Part shown: piece by piece, positions 52,667-55,611 of the stretch | Position numbering within the stretch: the stretch's first letter is position 1 | Layout: every line of letters begins with the position of its first letter | Assembly: GCA_038821645.1 (NCBI GenBank) | Contig: JAWBDT010000013.1 | Location: forward strand, 1 to 55,611 | DNA: 55,611 bases | Reading direction: 5' to 3' | Source: Ignisphaera sp. | GTDB lineage: Archaea > Thermoproteota > Thermoprotei_A > Sulfolobales > Ignisphaeraceae | The notes under the pieces: model-generated | Seen by the model: the letters and a program-made list of their open reading frames with translations, nothing else | Database searches by the model: none | Told to the model about the DNA's origin: nothing | Made by a program: the position numbers and the translations under genes

Positions 52667-55171
52667 ATGGAGTCTAAAAAACGTATAGCCATATATGTGG
52701 TAGTGATAATTGTTTTGGCTAGTATTACTATATATAGCTATTATTATCTAGTGAGAGAAAAAGATAAAGAGATAACTCCAAAGACATTACCAACAGAATC
52801 CATATCTCTAGTCACAGAAACAATACTTGTGGAGATTTCAACACCTACAACGAATACCATCAAAGAAGAGGAAGATATCACAAAAACTACATTAACTACA
52901 CCTACAACTTTTCCACAAGAAACGATAACCACAGTTATTAACCATACTACTAGTCAACCACCTTTATATCACCTATCGACAGAAACCTTTCCACAGGAAA
53001 AGGGTTTAGCTATGAATATAATCTATTATCCCAAAACAGTTATTTCGTGTTACGAGAAAATCGAAGTAATGTTCAATATATCGAACCTAATGTACAGAAA
53101 TCCATACAACTCAAGCGACATAGATGTTGTAGGATACATCTATACACCAAATAACGAGGTTATCAAAATTCCAGCGTTCTACACAAGGAACTACACGATT
53201 CAAAGTATGGGATCGAGGGAACATATAGTTTTATTCAATACGCCACCTCTCTGGGCATTACGTTTTACACCAAAAGTCTCTGGAGAATATAGGGTAGTTA
53301 TAGAGGCTAGAAACAGTAGTGGGGTAAAAATTTCGAGTGAAGAGCTGAAGATACAGGTTTCTGAATGTAGAAACAAAAGAGGATTCATATCAATTGATGA
53401 ATCAAAGAAATTCTTGGTGTTTGAAGACGGATCTTCAGAAATAATGCTAGGCATAAACTTAGCTTGGCCTCCAAACAAACTTGAGGCTATATCCTTCTAT
53501 AGCTCATGGTTCAAAAGACTTAAAGAACTAGGTGTTAAGGTTGTACGCATAGGTCTTGTTCCATGGTCTCTAAATCTAGAATGGAGTAATTTGAATCGCT
53601 ATAGTTTAGCAGATGCAGCAAGAATAGATGAAATCATCAGATTGGCAGAAGAACATGATATCTACATAATATTTGTGTTTATGTGGCATAACGAACTTGC
53701 AGATGATTGGGGAAACAATCCATATAATGCTTTAAGAGGAGGGCCTATAAAGAATCCTGAAGAATTTTGGAGTAATCCCATAGCCATAGATATATTCAAG
53801 AATAAGGTGAGGTACATAATCGCTAGATGGGGTTATTCGCCACATATACTTGCATGGGAATTAGTCAATGAAGCTGATCTAACATCAAACTTCTTTAGCA
53901 TTAGAGATGCTTTTGTTAATTGGGTTAAAGAGATAAGTAGTTATGTAAAGTTACTTGATCCCTATAAACGACCTGTAACTGTAAATCTTGCAGACTATAA
54001 CTCAGAACCAAGAGTATGGAACATAGAGAGTATAGATTTGATAACAGTCCATAGATATGGACCCACAGGGTTTAAGGATATAGGATCCTCAATACCAAGT
54101 ATAATAGATTCTCTATGGAATACCTATAGAAAGCCTGTAGTGATAACAGAGTTTGGTGTAGATTATAGATGGATAGGGATGCAGGGATTTACCGGAATTC
54201 CGTATTGGGCTATAGATAGAGAAGGTATAGGTCTTCATGAAGGATTATGGAGTTCCACTTTATCAGGATCTCCTATATCGGCCATGAGCTGGTGGTGGGA
54301 TACACAAATAGAGAGATACAACCTGTTCTATCACTTTAAAGCTTTATCTGAATTCCTAAAAGGTGTTGACCCAGTAAAAGGAAGACTAAGTAGATTAAAT
54401 GTATATGTAGAATCAGCTTCAACTATCGAAGGCAATACAACTTCCTTAATACTTTATCCAAGTGCTGGATGGATCTGGGTTTCACCAGTAAAACAGAACA
54501 TCTACACTATACACCCTAACGGAAAGATAGAGGGTGATACATCGCTACTTAGTGGCTTTGTGTACGGTAAAGGACATAACCAGCGGACTCTGAATCCCAT
54601 ATTCATAGTTACGTTTCTCGATAGAGGTAGAATGATCTTGAATGTAAATTCTGTAGGAAGAGGATCAGCAGTAGTATCGATATATGTCAATAACACAAAG
54701 ATAGAGGAGAAAGTGTTACCCGATATAGATGGTAAAAGTGATGAAGATGCTAATGAGTATAATATCGACATTACAATAGATTTTGAACCTGGTACATATG
54801 AGATTAGAATAGATAATGAAGGTATAGATTGGTATACATGGAACTACATAGTATTCGAAAACACTATATACGCTTCAGCAAAGGTGCAGGCAATAGGTTT
54901 AGGTAATAAGAGTTTTGCAATAATGTGGATAAGGAATACAGACTTTAACTGGTGGAATTATGCAGTATTAAACAAATCACCTATACCTCTAAAGAATGTA
55001 GTGATTTCAGTAGAAGGTTTAGAAGATGGTATGTATGTAGTTGAGTTTTGGGATACATTTAGAGGAGAAGTAGTAGAAAGTAAAGAGGTAATGGTTACTC
55101 AAGGAAAAGCACGCATATCAATAGATAGTTTAGAGAAGGATCTAGCTTTAAAGATGTATAAAACAGAGTGA
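52667..55171 (+). CDS. Membrane-anchored multidomain clan GH-A glycoside hydrolase (DUF5060-like domain + TIM barrel), cellulase/mannanase-like
   Basis: N-terminal TM, Thr/Pro-rich linker, NPY..D.....PAFY...W.LRFTP...GEY, YIIARWG, WELVNE (E402), ITEFG (E495), WWWD. Confidence 0.85.
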   Translation: MESKKRIAIYVVVIIVLASITIYSYYYLVREKDKEITPKTLPTESISLVTETILVEISTPTTNTIKEEEDITKTTLTTPTTFPQETITTVINHTTSQPPLYHLSTETFPQEKGLAMNIIYYPKTVISCYEKIEVMFNISNLMYRNPYNSSDIDVVGYIYTPNNEVIKIPAFYTRNYTIQSMGSREHIVLFNTPPLWALRFTPKVSGEYRVVIEARNSSGVKISSEELKIQVSECRNKRGFISIDESKKFLVFEDGSSEIMLGINLAWPPNKLEAISFYSSWFKRLKELGVKVVRIGLVPWSLNLEWSNLNRYSLADAARIDEIIRLAEEHDIYIIFVFMWHNELADDWGNNPYNALRGGPIKNPEEFWSNPIAIDIFKNKVRYIIARWGYSPHILAWELVNEADLTSNFFSIRDAFVNWVKEISSYVKLLDPYKRPVTVNLADYNSEPRVWNIESIDLITVHRYGPTGFKDIGSSIPSIIDSLWNTYRKPVVITEFGVDYRWIGMQGFTGIPYWAIDREGIGLHEGLWSSTLSGSPISAMSWWWDTQIERYNLFYHFKALSEFLKGVDPVKGRLSRLNVYVESASTIEGNTTSLILYPSAGWIWVSPVKQNIYTIHPNGKIEGDTSLLSGFVYGKGHNQRTLNPIFIVTFLDRGRMILNVNSVGRGSAVVSIYVNNTKIEEKVLPDIDGKSDEDANEYNIDITIDFEPGTYEIRIDNEGIDWYTWNYIVFENTIYASAKVQAIGLGNKSFAIMWIRNTDFNWWNYAVLNKSPIPLKNVVISVEGLEDGMYVVEFWDTFRGEVVESKEVMVTQGKARISIDSLEKDLALKMYKTE

Positions 55172-55611
55172 ATATAGAATACAAAGCAGATATCAATGTT
55201 TCAACACTTTTATTATCTATTTTGTTTGTATTCACAATATCTCTACATAATATTACAATATTGAACTCTATAGATGGTTGGATACCAATAGATATATTTA
55301 AATAGATATATTTAATAAGGCTCTCTACATGTATAGTTTATGTTACATTTATCAAAATCATTAATTAGGTGATTTATAGAATATGAATAGGGTGTATCTA
55401 TTTCCTAACTTCTGTGAAGAACAATCATAACCTCGGAGAACCCGAGATTGTTGAAAAACGCTGAGAGTTAAGCAGAGCGTTTCTTGTACATGTAGGAGTA
55501 GTTTGTTAAGTCTATAACCTTAGATGTATCCGTTTTGTATCGGTGTTCTTGTCTTAATGTTATAATTACATGTAAACCCATCTTGCTTAAATTCTCGAGA
55601 ATTTCGGGGAA

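Overview
AT-rich archaeal (crenarchaeal, Desulfurococcales-like; Ignisphaera-like by gene content) chromosomal window. Left part (1-19.1 kb) is an accessory sugar-scavenging region: an atypical GlmS lacking the catalytic Cys1, NagA, a tandem GNAT, a GH20 hexosaminidase, a HEPN-MNT pair, DUF523/DUF1722, an archaeal ATPase, an esterase, a GH29 fucosidase, RCK/MscS/MFS genes and an IolB-like cupin. The middle holds tRNA-Ile, intron-containing tRNA-Leu, tRNA-Ala and a 16S-23S operon (BHB processing stems, no spacer tRNA or 5S), followed by core genes (argS, TFS-like, tRNA-Asn, ubiX, endA, glyS, speB, tfb, rpoP, aIF1, RimK-like, speE, DtxR). A pyrF-E-B-I-K-C-D operon and a membrane-anchored multidomain clan GH-A hydrolase close the window. 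The main finding is a tRNA-Gln(UUG) whose 154-nt 'intron' has a 16-bp GC clamp and its own internal BRE/TATA promoter, so it is a candidate recently split, trans-spliced tRNA. A C/D sRNA 9 kb away carries a guide that fully matches only the spliced anticodon loop. Other points of interest are at least five unannotated C/D sRNAs, compensatory changes in the 16S decoding helix and the 23S PTC, and a GlmS that appears repurposed for catabolism. All calls come from reading the sequence; no database searches were run.
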